Shown: positions 1 through 15,395 of the stretch, piece by piece
Layout: the number at the start of each line of letters is the position of its first letter
Numbering within the stretch: position 1 is the stretch's first letter
Source of the DNA: Amoeboaphelidium protococcarum X5
Lineage: Eukaryota; Fungi; Aphelidiomycota
Direction: 5' to 3'
Assembly (NCBI GenBank): GCA_023515725.1
Contig: JALDTO010000181.1
Location: 252,927-316,926 of the forward strand
Length of the DNA: 64,000 nt
Program-made: the position numbers and the translations under genes
The notes under the pieces: model-generated
Database searches by the model: none
What the model was told of the DNA's origin: nothing
Seen by the model: only the letters and a program-made list of their open reading frames with translations

Positions 1-891
1 TTACCGTATAGAGCAAATCGGATCACTACTGACCACAGGCAAATGACAGTCTAAATTAAGAACAAAACTGCACCTGCCAGAACTAGTCACCGAAACAGCA
101 AGTAGTTACCTTATCCAATGCAGGTGTTTAAGAAAAAACAGTGATGATCCATCTTGAGAATACACTTGTCGCAATATCTGCAATGAATCGTGTCAATTGA
201 AACATCCAATGAACACTTGAAACATCGCTTGATCTGCGGATTCAACTAAACAGGCGATGAAACAGATTGAGAAAATTCATCATTAATTTCTGTACCGTTT
301 CTAGTAAGGCCAATATCTCTAGAGATGATCATTTACCCGACAATAATGCAGAATATGTAAATACTCAAAGTACTTATCAGTAAGAGTATTCTGACCAGCA
401 TTAGTTACTGTGAATCTACTTATATCATACTTAGAGCAGTATCATCAAGAATCAAAGGACATCCTACCACTAGAATCAAAGTGTACAACATCATCACCAT
501 CATGTATATAAACCTCTTGGCGTATGGAATTTACCACCCATTTGACTTTCTCATATTGAATGTCGATTAAATAATCTATTTGAAGATGTTATACTAATTA
601 TGCTCGACTACCTGCTAAATACGGAGCAAAACAGTGGAAAGAGAGCAAAAATGAAGTCTCGAAACAACTCTAAGGAAAGCAGCGAGAAGAATTGGAAATT
701 TAATCTCAAAAGGCAGTCGCGCCGATAAAGTTTTAGGGAGCTAATACAGTGGAAATAGAAAAATTCGCAAAAGAATACTGGTTAATTTCTTCTCCGTTGT
801 ACTGTAGTAAGTCCATCAAATTATATCCTCGCTGTCTTCCTTACTCTGGGAATTTCATCCGAATAGTTGCATCTATTAGAATTTTAACTCT

Positions 892-2517
892 ATGGCAATC
901 TGCAGGTAGTGGCGTAGATTTTAAAGCGGGCAGGGGAAATTGTCTCTCAGATTGGATGTATAACCGTAATAGTGTGGTGTTTACAGCACCAGGGGAATTA
1001 GAAGGTATAATGAAGATATGTTTGTGAAGTAGAAGATACAGCTGGGCAAGACTGATGCCATATTGCTAGGTGTTTTTGATGGTCATGGAGGTCCGAAAGC
1101 GTCAGAATATGTCTCTAGTAATCTTGCGACACAACTTTAGTCTGTATATAGTGGAATATATGATAGTGAGCAATCGCGACAGAAAGATGACAAAGTGACA
1201 GCACGGGGACTGCATTAACACTAATCTATGCTTGAGTAGAGTTTGAAGGAGACTTTTCGCCTGCTGGATTCTGAATTTCGATAATCACAGCCAGATGGAT
1301 CCAGAGATGGTACCACCGCTTCAGTCGCCGTACTCTAGTCTATACAAGTCCCATACAAACCGTCATCGCTTAATCCTCCTCTTCCATCTCTGCTGATGAC
1401 AGTTGCGCATCTTGGAGACACTCGAATTTTGATGAGCGATGTCATGCTGGGCAATGCGCAAGTTCTCACCACGGATCATTCTCCTACTCTGTCCTCTGAG
1501 AGGAAGCGGTTGGAGAAGGCTGGCGGATTTGTAGTGGCAGACTCCTTTGGTCATGTTAATGCATTAGGTGTGCTGGGCGTCACCAGGTCGATTGGTGTAA
1601 AATTCCTAAAAGATAAATACGGCGATGAAGTGCTTTCATGTGAACCAGATATTATACACCGATCGCTGACTGATAAAGACTCATTCCTACTATTCCTTAC
1701 TGATGGCGTGATGAGTGTCATGTCCAACCAGGAAGCTGTGGACATTGTAAAGCATTGTAAAGAGCCATAATCTGCAGCGTCAACTCTCGTTGATTACGCT
1801 GAGAGATTTGGCACGCAGGATAATTGCACAGCGCTAGTGTTCAGGCTAGAAGGCTGGAAGATGGATAAGAGTGCTGGTGCTCAGACAACGCGCGATTTCA
1901 CGGCTAATCTTCGAAAATTCAAGTTGAAGCACTCGAGCAGTGGGCGAGTCAGTCAAAGTCTATCTGCAGATTATAAAGATTTGGATGAAGATATTATGGA
2001 AGAGCTGGCCGGTTCTATGCTTATGAACAAGGTATTAGCCGAGGAGGGTGTTGATTAGTACAGCGTAGATCATATACGCTCCCAGCTGAATCCGTCTGAT
2101 GCTCTAAAGAGTGCTAAAAACTTTAAAGAAGTTCCCATCACGAGGTTTGTTTTGGAATTATTCGATGCTGCTGACAAAGATGCCGGTGATCTTGACGAAG
2201 ATTAGTCCCCCTCTACTGGCGATTTATCCAAGTTATCCCGAGATGAGGTGAAGGATTGCGTTCACTCTCTCGGTGTCGTGTTTAAAAGATACAACAAGTC
2301 AGACAATGGTTAATCTTCATAGCCTTCATCGCCATTAAAGTCATAATAGCAAAAAAAGCTAGTCGAAGTAGCTCCAGGAGATTTCATCTCTTAGCTACCG
2401 TTCCAAGGCTAGCTCATATCTGCTTCGTCTTTAATGGATTATCTGCAGAAAAGCTAGATTCGAATTCTGATCAAAGACACTAGCAAAATTACTAATACCG
2501 ATAACAACGCGTCATGA
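892..2517 (+). CDS. PP2C-family protein phosphatase (PTC6-like) with C-terminal extension
   Basis: One frame from ATG 892 to TGA 2517 with TAR=Gln; motifs RRYNED, GVFDGHGG, DGTTA, AHLGDTR, LGVTRSIG, LTDGV, GTQDNCT. Confidence 0.9.
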
Positions 2518-2829
2518 CATTTTTGATTGCTTTAATATTTTGTTATCTATTATATATATTGCTCCTATTCATCATTTTTCCTATGCTCTTCTTTTAATTC
2601 CGGATAAATATTAAGCTTTTTCAATGGTACAGCGTCTAACTAAGGCTTCAGTCGATAAGTTAGCTGTATTGTTTGATCGCTCAATGGGCAAACATCATCA
2701 CTGTCGTTAATCACTTGAATTCATCCCCTATTTACTTTCAAACAATCATATTTCTTTGTCAGTATAGATTTTTTCTTATATACAGTTCAAGTATTACTCT
2801 TGTTATATACACATAATAAAGCGAACAGT

Positions 2830-4274
2830 ATGAGTGCTAAAGAAAAGGGAAACTATGAGAAAGAGCTTCGGGAAATGCTGAGAGATCCGGAGAATGCGAA
2901 ATGCGGTGATTGTGGACAGAAAGGGCCTCGCTGGGCCTCTTACAACTTGGGAGTATTTCTATGCATAAGGTAAATTGTTGATTATGTGCATGATATGTAA
3001 TAGATTTGATTATTCGATAATGTAGATGCGGTGGTTTGCATAGAAAGTTGGGCACTCATCTGTCGAAGGTGAGGTCGATCACTCTCGATTAGTGGACGTT
3101 GGAGCAGATTTAGCAGATGCAGAAATGGGGTAATGTCAAAGCGAATAGGCAATTCTGTCCCCGGCCTGAACTCTTCCCTGTGCCCACAAATTCCTCATCT
3201 GATGGGGACATGGAGATGTACATCCGCGACAAGTATGAGTACAAAAAGTTCATGTTCCCAGAGTCTAGCAATAGTAGATTTAAGATCAGCGTATTGCCGC
3301 AGACTGCTGAGAAGTATCAACATTTGGTCAAGTAATTACAAGCGATGGGCTATCATTCAAATACATTATGTCTATACGCCTTGCAGGAACACGGCGGCAA
3401 TGTTTAGGATGCATCTCAGTGGTTATAGAAGTAATCAAGAGCTGTGTACGTTGATCCTCCATCGTTTGACGAGCGCCGCAAGTCGTTTATGATGGAGCAA
3501 GAGTAGCGGCGTAAGAGCGAAGAGGAGCAGAGACGAAAATCATCCGCCAATTCGTCAATATTGGCTGGTGATGACACTGCTCAACGTTCCCAAATCTAAT
3601 AGGCTGTGGGTAACGTGGCGCGCAGAGTGGATACTCGATCTGATTCTGGTCACTCTATCGGGGTAAAGATTACCACTCCAGTTATAGTGGAGGAATCGCT
3701 TCTTCTAGACGTGTTATCCACTGCACCTAACAATGCTTAGCCGGCTGGTGTGTAATATAATCAGAGTTAAAGCATGGCACAAGTACAGCCTCAGAATGGA
3801 ACTGCTTCTGCTACTGTGATGCAGCCAGAGTAGAGTAAGCCAATGCTGAATAAGAATAGTATATTGGCATTGTACAACTAACCGTCCACAATCTTATAAC
3901 TATAATAATCGCCATTTACTGGATCTCCTATGATGATGGCGCCTCCGTAATAGTAATAATAATAACAGTACTTCTCCTCAGGCTCTCAATTCAATCTGCA
4001 ATCAAATTTTGGATAAAGTTATACGTATGGTCCGGGAATCTAATAGGGTGGAAAGAATTAGTAATTTTAGCCAATGGGTTAGCCAGGATTGCAATAGTAG
4101 AATCCATTTGGACTTCCATTTTAGAATTCTCCAGTTTAGTAATAACAATATTAACAATAATTTTAACAACCTGGAACGTATTTCGATGGCAATAATTAAG
4201 GTGTAAACTCTAATCCTTTTCTGACTAATAGCAACTAAAAATAAAGTGGATAACGTCCAAACTTCCCGTTCTGA
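2830..4274 (+). CDS. ArfGAP with UBA-like domain and Gln-rich, NPF-containing tail; intron 2970-3025
   Basis: CGDCGQKGPRWASYNLGVFLCIR/CGGLHRKLG zinc finger joined across a GT-AG intron; LQAMGY UBA-like segment; NPF motifs; TGA at 4272. Confidence 0.88.
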
Positions 4275-4356
4275 TTATAAGATGTGATTATATTGTAACT
4301 GAATTTAGAATAAAAGATTAAGATTAGTATAAATAATGCACGTAAAGTATTCATTC

Positions 4357-5397
4357 TCACTTTGCCACTTCATTATTGTTAGAGTCTGCGTTTAATGACA
4401 AGTCCTTCATAAATGAACTAACATTTCGCTCATTTCTGACTTTATTGCTGAGATCTTACTTCGATAAAACTTCCAGATACTCTCTCTTACTCTCAGCAAT
4501 GGCATCAAGTAGATCATCCATTCCCTCGCCGGTGACAGCACTAACCCGAACAACTTTTAAAAGAGCATAGAAATCTTCCAATGCCAAGGCCATGGACGTG
4601 CAAAGTGAAGACATGAACGTGGAATCTTCCATCAAAGCCGCCTGAAAAGTGTCAAAATCTTTCATCCAATCAACCGCAAACTAGGCTTTATCGCTGACTT
4701 TATCAATCTTGTTTATAACCACAACCATTTTAAGAGGGAGCGGATGTTTAGCACCTGAAGCTTTACCACTCTAAACGGTAGTGGTGGATGTTGAGTGAGA
4801 ATCCTTGTATAAGATGGAGCAGGCGTACAACATGTTAGACATGAACGTGGTGGGATGAGTGATCCTTTACGCGTCAATCACGTACAAAAACACTGTCGGA
4901 TAAGAATTTATGAGACATTGCGTGATGATACTTCCACTAGCTGACCATGTGAACACTTCAATCTGGCCTGGAGTATCTACAAGCAAATAATCAAGTCTCT
5001 TATTGCCATGAACATCACCATCATCATCATCTTGGCCATCACCATCTTCTGCTTTAACATTAATCCTCTCATCCACCACATCCAATACTTGATCAAATTT
5101 AGTGGCAAACAGATTCAGACTAGTCATGATACCACCATTCGGACCCAGTTTATACTCCTTCATCACACCCTTGTAATCGATAGTGTCGCGTATATCTATA
5201 GTTGGTTCATAGGGAATGTGCAATACTGCAGGATCAAGATTGATGACAAACTACTCCTTGTCCCGTCGAGAGCATTCAGTTATCAGACGCTGCATCAGAG
5301 TAGTCTTTCCACTGCCAGCCATACCGATATTTAGCACACATGCCGGATACAGTTTATCCAGCTATTCCACATCTAACGCAGTTTAAGAAGAAGACAT
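4357..5397 (-). CDS. GPN1: GPN-loop GTPase 1
   Basis: [52 protein letters not shown]. Confidence 0.95.
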
Positions 5398-5602
5398 ATT
5401 AACTCTTATAGTGTACAAGTAATCAGCAGAAAATCGATTCAAAATTGTCCACTAGTGAAAAAAGAAGAAGAAATTCTCTCCGAGATCAAACGTTTCTCTC
5501 GCGCGTTTTGTTTCATCAGGGGAAGTAAAGGAAAAGTCGACAGGACGTTCATTTATTAGCGAGACTTATTAGCGAGCGAGCGTTTTGTGAGATACAGTAA
5601 GT

Positions 5603-7564
5603 ATGTCAGTTGAAGAAGGAGAAGAAGACTTGCTGCATGCATTGCTGGATGAAGATGATAGTGATACTGAAGCTGATGATGGCACCTTGGATGAGAGTGG
5701 AGTTCCCGGAACAATTAAATAAGCGTTGAGTGTAGTAAACTCTTATGCGCGCAAATGTTCAGGTATTTTCTTCGCTCTGATACAACCAAATGAGAGCCGA
5801 CGATGCTTTAAATATAGGTGTATTGTAGGCAACTAAACGCAAGTGTTATTGCGAGAACTGAATGCCACGTATAAGATGATTCTGAAAAGGCTGAAGAGTG
5901 AAGAGTAGTAATTAGAGGTGGCGAATGGATCCAAGTGGAGTAAAATACTGGAAAAGAACTATGAGTTAGTAAAGGAGCGCCAGAGTCTTTAGCCGTCGTT
6001 TGAAAAAGTTGAAACATTGGCCCTATCATCAGGAGAGGTTGATTCCACATCTGGTATATCTATATGTGATCGCGCTCTCTCTGCTGACAGTATTTAGACT
6101 TTAGTTAAGGATTCCAAAGTGGTACAGCTTAGTAACATTGTGGCTGGATCTGCTGTTGTTGCCGAGCTATCTCAACACAATTGGGTCACTTTTGGCATCA
6201 TCACAGAGAAAGCGGTGATGCACAACAAAGGCAAAGGTCCATTCGTGGTGTTGAAGATCAGTCAGATGAATGAGCTGGACTGTCCGATATTCTCCCTCTT
6301 TCTCAATGATGACGCGTATGAATAACACTGGAAATCACTGTCTGTGTCTGCTTAATCTTCTGTGATTCTCATTGCGAATCCAAACATTATTCCACCCACT
6401 GATAAAGTAAATAAGAACGTGGCATTTGCTGTGAGTAAGGCGAATCAATTCTTCCAAGTGGGCAAGTTTACTCATTTTGGACTGTGCAGAGGAGTGGCAT
6501 TTAAATCGCAAGCAGCATGTACTATGCCAGTTAATCAGAAAATTGGAGATTATTGTAGGCATCACATCAGTTAGATGAGGAAAAGATAGTTATAGAATAG
6601 GCCACACATGGCAAGTACAGTTCAACTTGACAAGTCCAATAAGTCATCAGATGGTGTCTATTTCGTTAATGGTTTCTTGACCTCTACCACTGCTGTCTCT
6701 ACTAAATAGCTATAGCACTAAGTAGCTAATGCTCCTACTACAGTTGTCAATAAGAACAGTAAAGCAAGTGCCTCTTCCAATAGAACATAACAGCCTATGA
6801 GTAAAGATTAGGAGAGACTGGTAAAGAAGATGTTAAAGTAAAAGTCTTTAGGTGGCAGATACGTGTAAATGTTGAGAACCGGGTAGGATATGTTTGAAAG
6901 TCATAAAGAGTCTACGAATTTGAGTCCTCAGAAGAGTGCTGACTCTAAACCTCTGACGGATCTAAGAAGTCTGTTTCAATCTTCTTCTGGTACTACGTCC
7001 GATAATGGCTCGTCTACCGCTGACTAGAGTGGATCTGATAAGAATGACACTGTGGAGTTGTAAATCGAATAGGATGAAGCACTCGGCGGTGGTGCGTCAG
7101 CTAGATCCTCTTCTATGAAGCGTATCATTGAATAGGCACAGAGAAAGTCTAAAAAGGCTAAAGTTAATGTCAGTTTATAGCCGCCTGCCTGTGATTAGAA
7201 CAATAAATAATCTTTGAAGAATACGCTTAAAGTCAATGCTGGTAGTGGAGTTCATTCAATGCAGATGCATCAGTTTTATTGCTTATAGTGCTCCAAGTTG
7301 TCATCATTTCAGAATGAGACGTGCGCATAATTAAAGCATTCATTTGAGGGGAAGACGGTTAGCAAAACCTTTTGGAAGTGTCTTTAATGCGATGCTCTAC
7401 CCGTTGAAGTTGTCAATAGCGAGAATCCTCCCACATTCTGTTGCAAAGGATGCAATGCTTCAGATTGGACTGAAGGTTACAGACCACAGGTATGCCTTTC
7501 TTGTAATAGTGAACACGATGATATTTATATGTAATTGTAGGGAAACACCTTGAAGAATTGCTGA
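5603..7564 (+). CDS. MCM10: Replication factor Mcm10 (OB fold, CCCH zinc finger, C-terminal zinc domain); probable intron 7490-7540
   Basis: WVTFGII..K, ILIANPNI, GLCRG..CT..VN..GDYCRHH; Cys-rich C-terminus; exact 3' end uncertain. Confidence 0.85.
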
Positions 7565-7665
7565 TGAGATAGCATGCTGAATCAAAAGTGTCAATAGCTA
7601 TTAATGTTGACCTGAATTATGATAAAATTGAACTTTTGATTTACTTTTCATTCCAAATGCTCAAC

Positions 7666-9165
<1,500 letters not shown>

Positions 9166-10110
9166 CTAATAATAATTTAAAAGTTGATAGTTGAGATTTA
9201 TAGTCAATGCCTAACGTATTACAATATGAATAAAGGAAATAGCTGATGGATAAAATCTCAAAGATGTTTTCTTTTTGCGATGGCGGCGCGAGAAGAAACA
9301 AAATTTTGAGCCGTTCCCTTTTCATTCTGTAGCGTTGGGGCCGTTGCTTTTGTGATGGTCTCATAACTTGTAGTATCTGAGCATACACTTCAATAATAGT
9401 AGGTAATGACTCTATAATATCGCGTTAGACCGTTTGGCCACATATTATGTGGTGATAAGCTGCGAGATTTTACAATTCTAATATATCAACATGGATCTTG
9501 CCCCAGACACGTACTGTATATGGAATCCCCGTAATTGCAATGAGGTCTCTAAAGCCTAAATATTTTTATTCAGCTTATCAAAATTTCAATAAAGTCTATT
9601 CGATCATGATTTTCAAATTCAATTATCAAGGACGCCTGTTTTATCTTTCGCCGTGTTGCAGTTCCCGTAGCGCTCAGAAAATGAATAATGCTCATGTAGG
9701 GCATATCCAACTCAGCGCTGTTAACAGTACCGAACTAGCCAAATTTCGGCTGCTTGCAATACACCATTGATACTGTCCATAGATTCAGGACAGAGCTATT
9801 GATGCGATAGTTCCCATTCTCATCAATCAGCCTCATCAATCCCATCGCGTAAATCCAGTTAACATTACTAGATTATAAACAAGGGTCTTTGATGCAGTAA
9901 ATATCAGACATTGAGAATATTCACTTTTGTTTGTGAACCTGACACAATTCGACTTAGGAGGGATGTAAATGATTGCAAAATTCCGGGTAACCCCTTTTTT
10001 AGCCGCGCCACTCAATCACGAAATTTTCAAAAGTTTTAGACATCTAAGTTTTCCTAGAAAACTGATTAAAGTGATATTGTTAATCTCTCGCATCACTATA
10101 TTATTATATC

Positions 10111-10481
10111 ATGATTACTGCTTTCTGGTTTTACTGTCTTTTCTAGCGCTGAGCGTTATTGGCGGCCACTTAAATGAGTAAGAGACGGTAAGTGGTAGCT
10201 TTTTCAAGCGTCCGTGGTATGCAGGATTGGGGAACTATGCGCGTCAATACGCGTTTTTAAGAGCTTGTAAAGTCGGTGACTTGGATACTTACAGAATGTC
10301 GGTTACGACATTTGGTATCGATCCTTCTATAGAATAGAACCAGTGCTTGATGTCTGCTGCAAAGAATGGCCACGCTGATATTGTGAGAGAGCTTTTGCTC
10401 GACATACGCGTTGATATCTATGATCATGACGCCACAGTCAAGCTAGTGCTGGATCTACCTTTATCTCTATCACAAATCTGA
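10111..10481 (+). pseudogene. Small secreted ankyrin-repeat protein with a 1-nt frameshift in the signal peptide (or a sequencing error)
   Basis: DPSIEQNQCLMSAAKNGHADIVRELLLDIRVD ankyrin repeat; ATG 10111 is one base out of frame with LVLLSFLALSVIGG. Confidence 0.5.
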
Positions 10482-10905
10482 GCAGCAGGTGCGCGATATT
10501 TTAATATATCAGTCAAACTAGTCATTTTATCATCAAATTTTAATTAGCTTCTGCTAGTCGCACTCGAAAAAAGATGAAAAGTTGACAATAAAAATTGATG
10601 TCAACGCATTCATGATCAGAAAATCGACTAGCGCGCTTGTTCGTTGTAGCCTTCAGCCGATTCAAATTCTACCAGTCTGGAAAGAGAGGCAATTCGCGCG
10701 GTTCACCATTTCTCTCTATCTTCGCTATGTCTCTCTCTCTCTCTCTCAATTTGTTTTGTTTCTTCTGTACCAAGAGGCGGCAACCTGTAAAAAATTCATA
10801 TTCTTACTGAACATCATCAGTCTGATCCTCGTTAATCTACTGTAATAATAATTAATATATTTGAGCCATATTTCCCTTCAAAAGTTGTGAATGACAAATT
10901 TATCA

Positions 10906-12570
10906 ATGAGCGATAAAAAAGTACCTGAATGGCGCAGAAATGCTTACAAGAATCGCGGCTCTTTGTAGAGTGAAGACATGAGACGTAGACGTGAGGAGCA
11001 GAGTGTCGAGTTGCGCAAGTCTAAGCGTGAAGAGTCTTTGGCTAAGCGTAGACAATACGTCGGTAGTGGTGCTGGTGCTGTATTGAGTGACAGCGAAGAT
11101 GAAAGTATTAACGGTGGTGGTACTGCTGGTGGATTTGGTGAATCTACCACAGCTGCCGGGGCCGTCTCTGCCAAGTAATTGTCTCTGAATGACCTACCAT
11201 CTATGGTTAATGATGTCTTTTCTAATGATGCGGCAGCGATTCTTGCAGCTGTCACCAAGTTCCGCAAGATTCTGAGTAAAGAGAAGAATCCGCCTATTGC
11301 AGAGGTTATCGGCACCGGGGTTGTGCCCAGATTTGTTGAACTATTGACAGCACCTGATCCACTTCTGTAATTTGAGGCTGCTTGGGCATTGACCAACATC
11401 GCTTCTGGTAGTTCAGATTAAACCAAGATTGTTCTGGAGGCCAACGCGGTGCCTTACTTCATCCAGCTGTTGAAGTCCGAGTCTAGCGATGTGAGGGAGT
11501 AGGCTGTCTGGGCTCTGGGTAATATTGCGGGTGACTCGCCCGACTGTCGTGACTTTGTGCTATAGCGAGGTGCTCTGGAGCCTTTACTAAAGATCATTAC
11601 GGAGAATCAGAAGTTGTCAATGTTGAGAAATGCAGTCTGGACTCTGAGCAATTTCTGCAGAGGTAAGAATCCTCCACCATCGTGGCCGTTGATATGTCCG
11701 GCATTGCCCGTCCTGGCCAAGTTGATGTACGTTATGGATGAAGAGGTGCTGACCGATGCCTGCTGGGCCGTGTCTTACCTGTCCGATGGACCTAATGAGA
11801 AGATTTAGGCGGTTATAGAGTCTGGTGTGGTGGTTCGCTTGTCTGAGCTGCTACTGCACTCGTCTTACTCGGTGTAGACTCCAGCTCTGCGCACTATCGG
11901 TAATATTGTGACTGGAGATGATGTGTAGACGTAGGTGGTAATTAATGCCGGTGCACTTCCTAATCTGTTGGCCATGTTGAGCAGTCCGCGTGATGGTATC
12001 CGCAAAGAAGCCTGCTGGACTATATCAAATATAACTGCCGGCACTGTCCCTCAGATTCAGGCTACGATTGATAATGGTCTATTCCCACCTCTACTCCAAC
12101 TGTTAGAGACTGCAGATTTTAAAATTCAAAAGGAAGCGTGCTGGGCAGTGTCCAATGCGACCACTGGCGGTCTGCATAAGCCTGATATCATTCGGTACTT
12201 GGTAAGTATTGGTGCTATCAAGCCGCTGTGCGATGTGCTTACTTGCAAGGATAACAAAGTGGTGCTGGTGGCTCTCGATGGATTGGAGAATATTCTCAAA
12301 GTTGGTGAAGATGATAAAGATAGTGCAGGTAACATGGGTACGAACGTGTATGCATTGGCCATTGAAGAAGCAGGTGGCATGGATACAATCTAAGCTTTGC
12401 AAGAGTCTGAAAATACCGAGATTTACAAGAAGGCTTATGGTTTGATTATCAAGTACTTTAGCGATGATGTTGAGGAAGATGCTGATATTGTGCCTACTGT
12501 TGATGCCAACACTGGTGCATTCACTTTCGGTAATCAATCTATTCAATCCAATGGATTTAATTTTAGTTGA
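10906..12570 (+). CDS. SRP1: Importin alpha
   Basis: IBB domain ([25 protein letters not shown]) and ARM repeats ([28 protein letters not shown]); alternative ATG at 10891. Confidence 0.97.
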
Positions 12571-12712
12571 GTATTAGCGATGGTATTTGCTGATAATAAT
12601 ATTGTGCTGGCAGAAATATAATAACATCATTTTTCATTATTCAATCTTCTTTATAAGTTTTGCATTGATTTTATTATTGAATAGCGTTGCATAAATTGAT
12701 AATACAGACAGT

Positions 12713-13618
12713 ATGATATCAGTGGCGGAGTAAAACTTTATTCTGGATGGCATTGAGTAAGGAGTGCGGTAAGATGGTAGAAGTAATGTGGAAACGCGAA
12801 ATTTCACTATTTAAAGTGGAGTATTGCCTTAATGCAATGGATCGGCGCGTGTGTTGAATGCTGATGGTACTGAAATTTTAGTATCTATTAGAGCCGAGTT
12901 GCAGCAGAGCTAGCACGTTGATTCTCTTTAAATTAAACTTTAAAATCCAGGTTTCGCCTCATTGAATACTGATAAGCAAGCCACCAATGGTGCTGGTCAG
13001 TTTCGATGTGCCATAGAGTTTGCCTGTAATTCTGAAAATGGTGTTAGATATGCGCCTGATGATTATATCGCGTTCTAGTATCAGCAGGCGATCGAGTCTA
13101 TTTACAGCTCAAGCTCAGTACTTGACTATGAGAAATTGAGCGTCATACCTGGCAGGACACGATGGGTGTTGTATGCAGATGTTCTTATACAGTCTGATAT
13201 TGGCGGCGGTGTTGTTGATTTGATATCTATTGGGGTCAACGCAGCATTGAAAGATTGTAAAATTCCTAATATTCGCGTTGAGGATGTGGATAAGAGAGCA
13301 GATGATACTAACATGGTGGATTATGAAGTTGATTTGGATGATTAAAGTATGACTCTGCTGCCATTGGTTGCTTTGCCTGGTGTGGTTACTTTTTACGCGA
13401 CGCCATCTCAGAGGCAGTATGTTGTTGATCCCTTGTTGGATGAATGTAAAGTGTCTGCTTGTCATACTGTGTGTGCTGTACATCGAAATGGTTCTATTCT
13501 GAATGTGTAAATGTTTGGGCATGGCAGTCTGGACACGCTGCAGTTGACTGAAATTCTGTAAACTGCCCCCTCTCTCGCATAGCGTTACTTTTAGCAAGTT
13601 GATTAGGATGCTAACTGA
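12713..13618 (+). CDS. RRP42: Exosome subunit Rrp42 (RNase PH family)
   Basis: MISVAEQNFILDGIEQGVRQDGR, LPQCNGSARV, WVLYADVL, ALKDCKIP. Confidence 0.88.
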
Positions 13619-13706
13619 CACTCTTCATGAATGATATAACTGAATCAAATAAGAAAATCTACGTTAAATCAAGACTAAATTATGGACAGATTGAACTATT
13701 TTTAAT

Positions 13707-15395
13707 TCAATTCCAAAGTATAATTTAGCCAGCTTTGTCAGCACTAACTAGTAATCCTTCGCCTTTAGGAGACCATTGAACAGCGTTAATTGCGTGCGAC
13801 TGATGAAGTCCGTCGAATACACGAACACTACTGTCATCTCTCAACGAGACAGGTTATCCTTGCTTGTGCACTTTCCATACATACATCTTACCGTCTTAAC
13901 CACCGCTCGCCACATATTAACCATCAGGACTGAGGCAGGCTTTAGAGAAATTACTACTACTCCGATAATTGTCATGCTTGAACTCTTGCTTCACCTCAAA
14001 TGTACGAATATCAATTAATTTAAGCGTATTATCTCGAGAACTAGTCAATATAGATTAAGAATCAGATGAAGTACACGTGGATGTTATTTGACCAGAATGA
14101 AGACCACTCAGAGTCTTGACACATTCCCTTATCCTCAAATCCCAGAAGCGGAGCTGATTATCAACGTGCCCACTGATAACACCTGAATCCTCTGTAAGAC
14201 ATAGATCATTCACACTTGAGTTGGTGAACATTGAATGTATACAGGCGCCCCTCTGAATATCCCACACTTTAATGGTGCGATCGTGACTACCAGATATCAC
14301 CCGCTTACAATCGATGGAGAATCGGGACGTTCTGACTGAAGCAACGTGTCCAGTTAATGTATGCTCAGATCGTCCTGTCACTAACGACCACAATCTAATG
14401 CTGTGATCATTACCAGCACCAAGAAGCAATTGGTCATTAGACCTCACTTGAACATACAAAACTGACTGCAAATGACCCGACAGAGAGTATTTAACCTGTT
14501 TAGTGGCGATATCATAAACTTTAACCTTCTTGTCTGTAGAAGCTGTAACGGCTATACTTCCATCAGAATTAAAGTCGACATGATTAATATCGTCATCATG
14601 AAGTTTATTGCATATGATCTCCTTTTCAGGCCATTTACACTTGTTCCAGGTGGGCACGCGCTGCAGAGGCATTTAACTATCGTCGAGCTCTGATGATGAT
14701 TGTAGACCACCAGACTATTCACCGCTAAACATATTCTTGGCGACCACATCTCTCAAACTTGAAATTCTACCAAGCGCGGCTGTGGTAAACTTTTACCTCT
14801 TCTCCATCATGCTATCATACATGTTATTGGCGGCATTCATCTTGGTTGCATCATCGGACGCCTTTCGCAGAAGTTTATTCAATAATTCTTGATTCTCTTA
14901 TTTTATGGCGGCCATCCTCTCATCAGATTACTACAATTCAAGCCGTAAAGTGTTCAGCTCATCCTGCAACAACTAGATGGTGTCGTTCTTTTACTGCACC
15001 AAATCAAGAGCATCATCAGCCCGTCGCTTCTCCTTCTCCAACTGCATGGTGACGCGCATGGTGGAATCTTCTTACTGCTTAAGCAATTTCTGAGTCGCCA
15101 CCAGTTCATCTCCGACTGACAGTAGTCGCTGAGTATTGTTCGATTGGGCTTTGTACAGCTCGTTCAATTCATGCTTTAACTCCTTTAGTTATGGGCTTTC
15201 AGTCTAGAGTTGCCCCTTCAAAGTCTCAACTTGTGTTGTTAGCTTTTCTATTTGCTCCTGCTAGTCCTCATTCTATTATCTCAACTAAAGATTATTAGAG
15301 ACTTGCAAATTCAAAGTATCAATTAATTCAACTATATTTTTATTTCGCAGCGTTTATTGTCGGATTTAGTCTTCAATTACAACTTGATATTACAT
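13707..15395 (-). CDS. ATG16: Atg16 with C-terminal WD40 propeller (ATG16L1-type)
   Basis: Coiled coil (ELNELYKAQ..LQDELNTLRLE..ENQELL) followed by WD40 repeats (TLTGH, SGSHDRTIKVWD). Confidence 0.88.

Noticed and set aside
1-740. Coding potential at the window start
   Set aside because: No recognisable protein found on either strand
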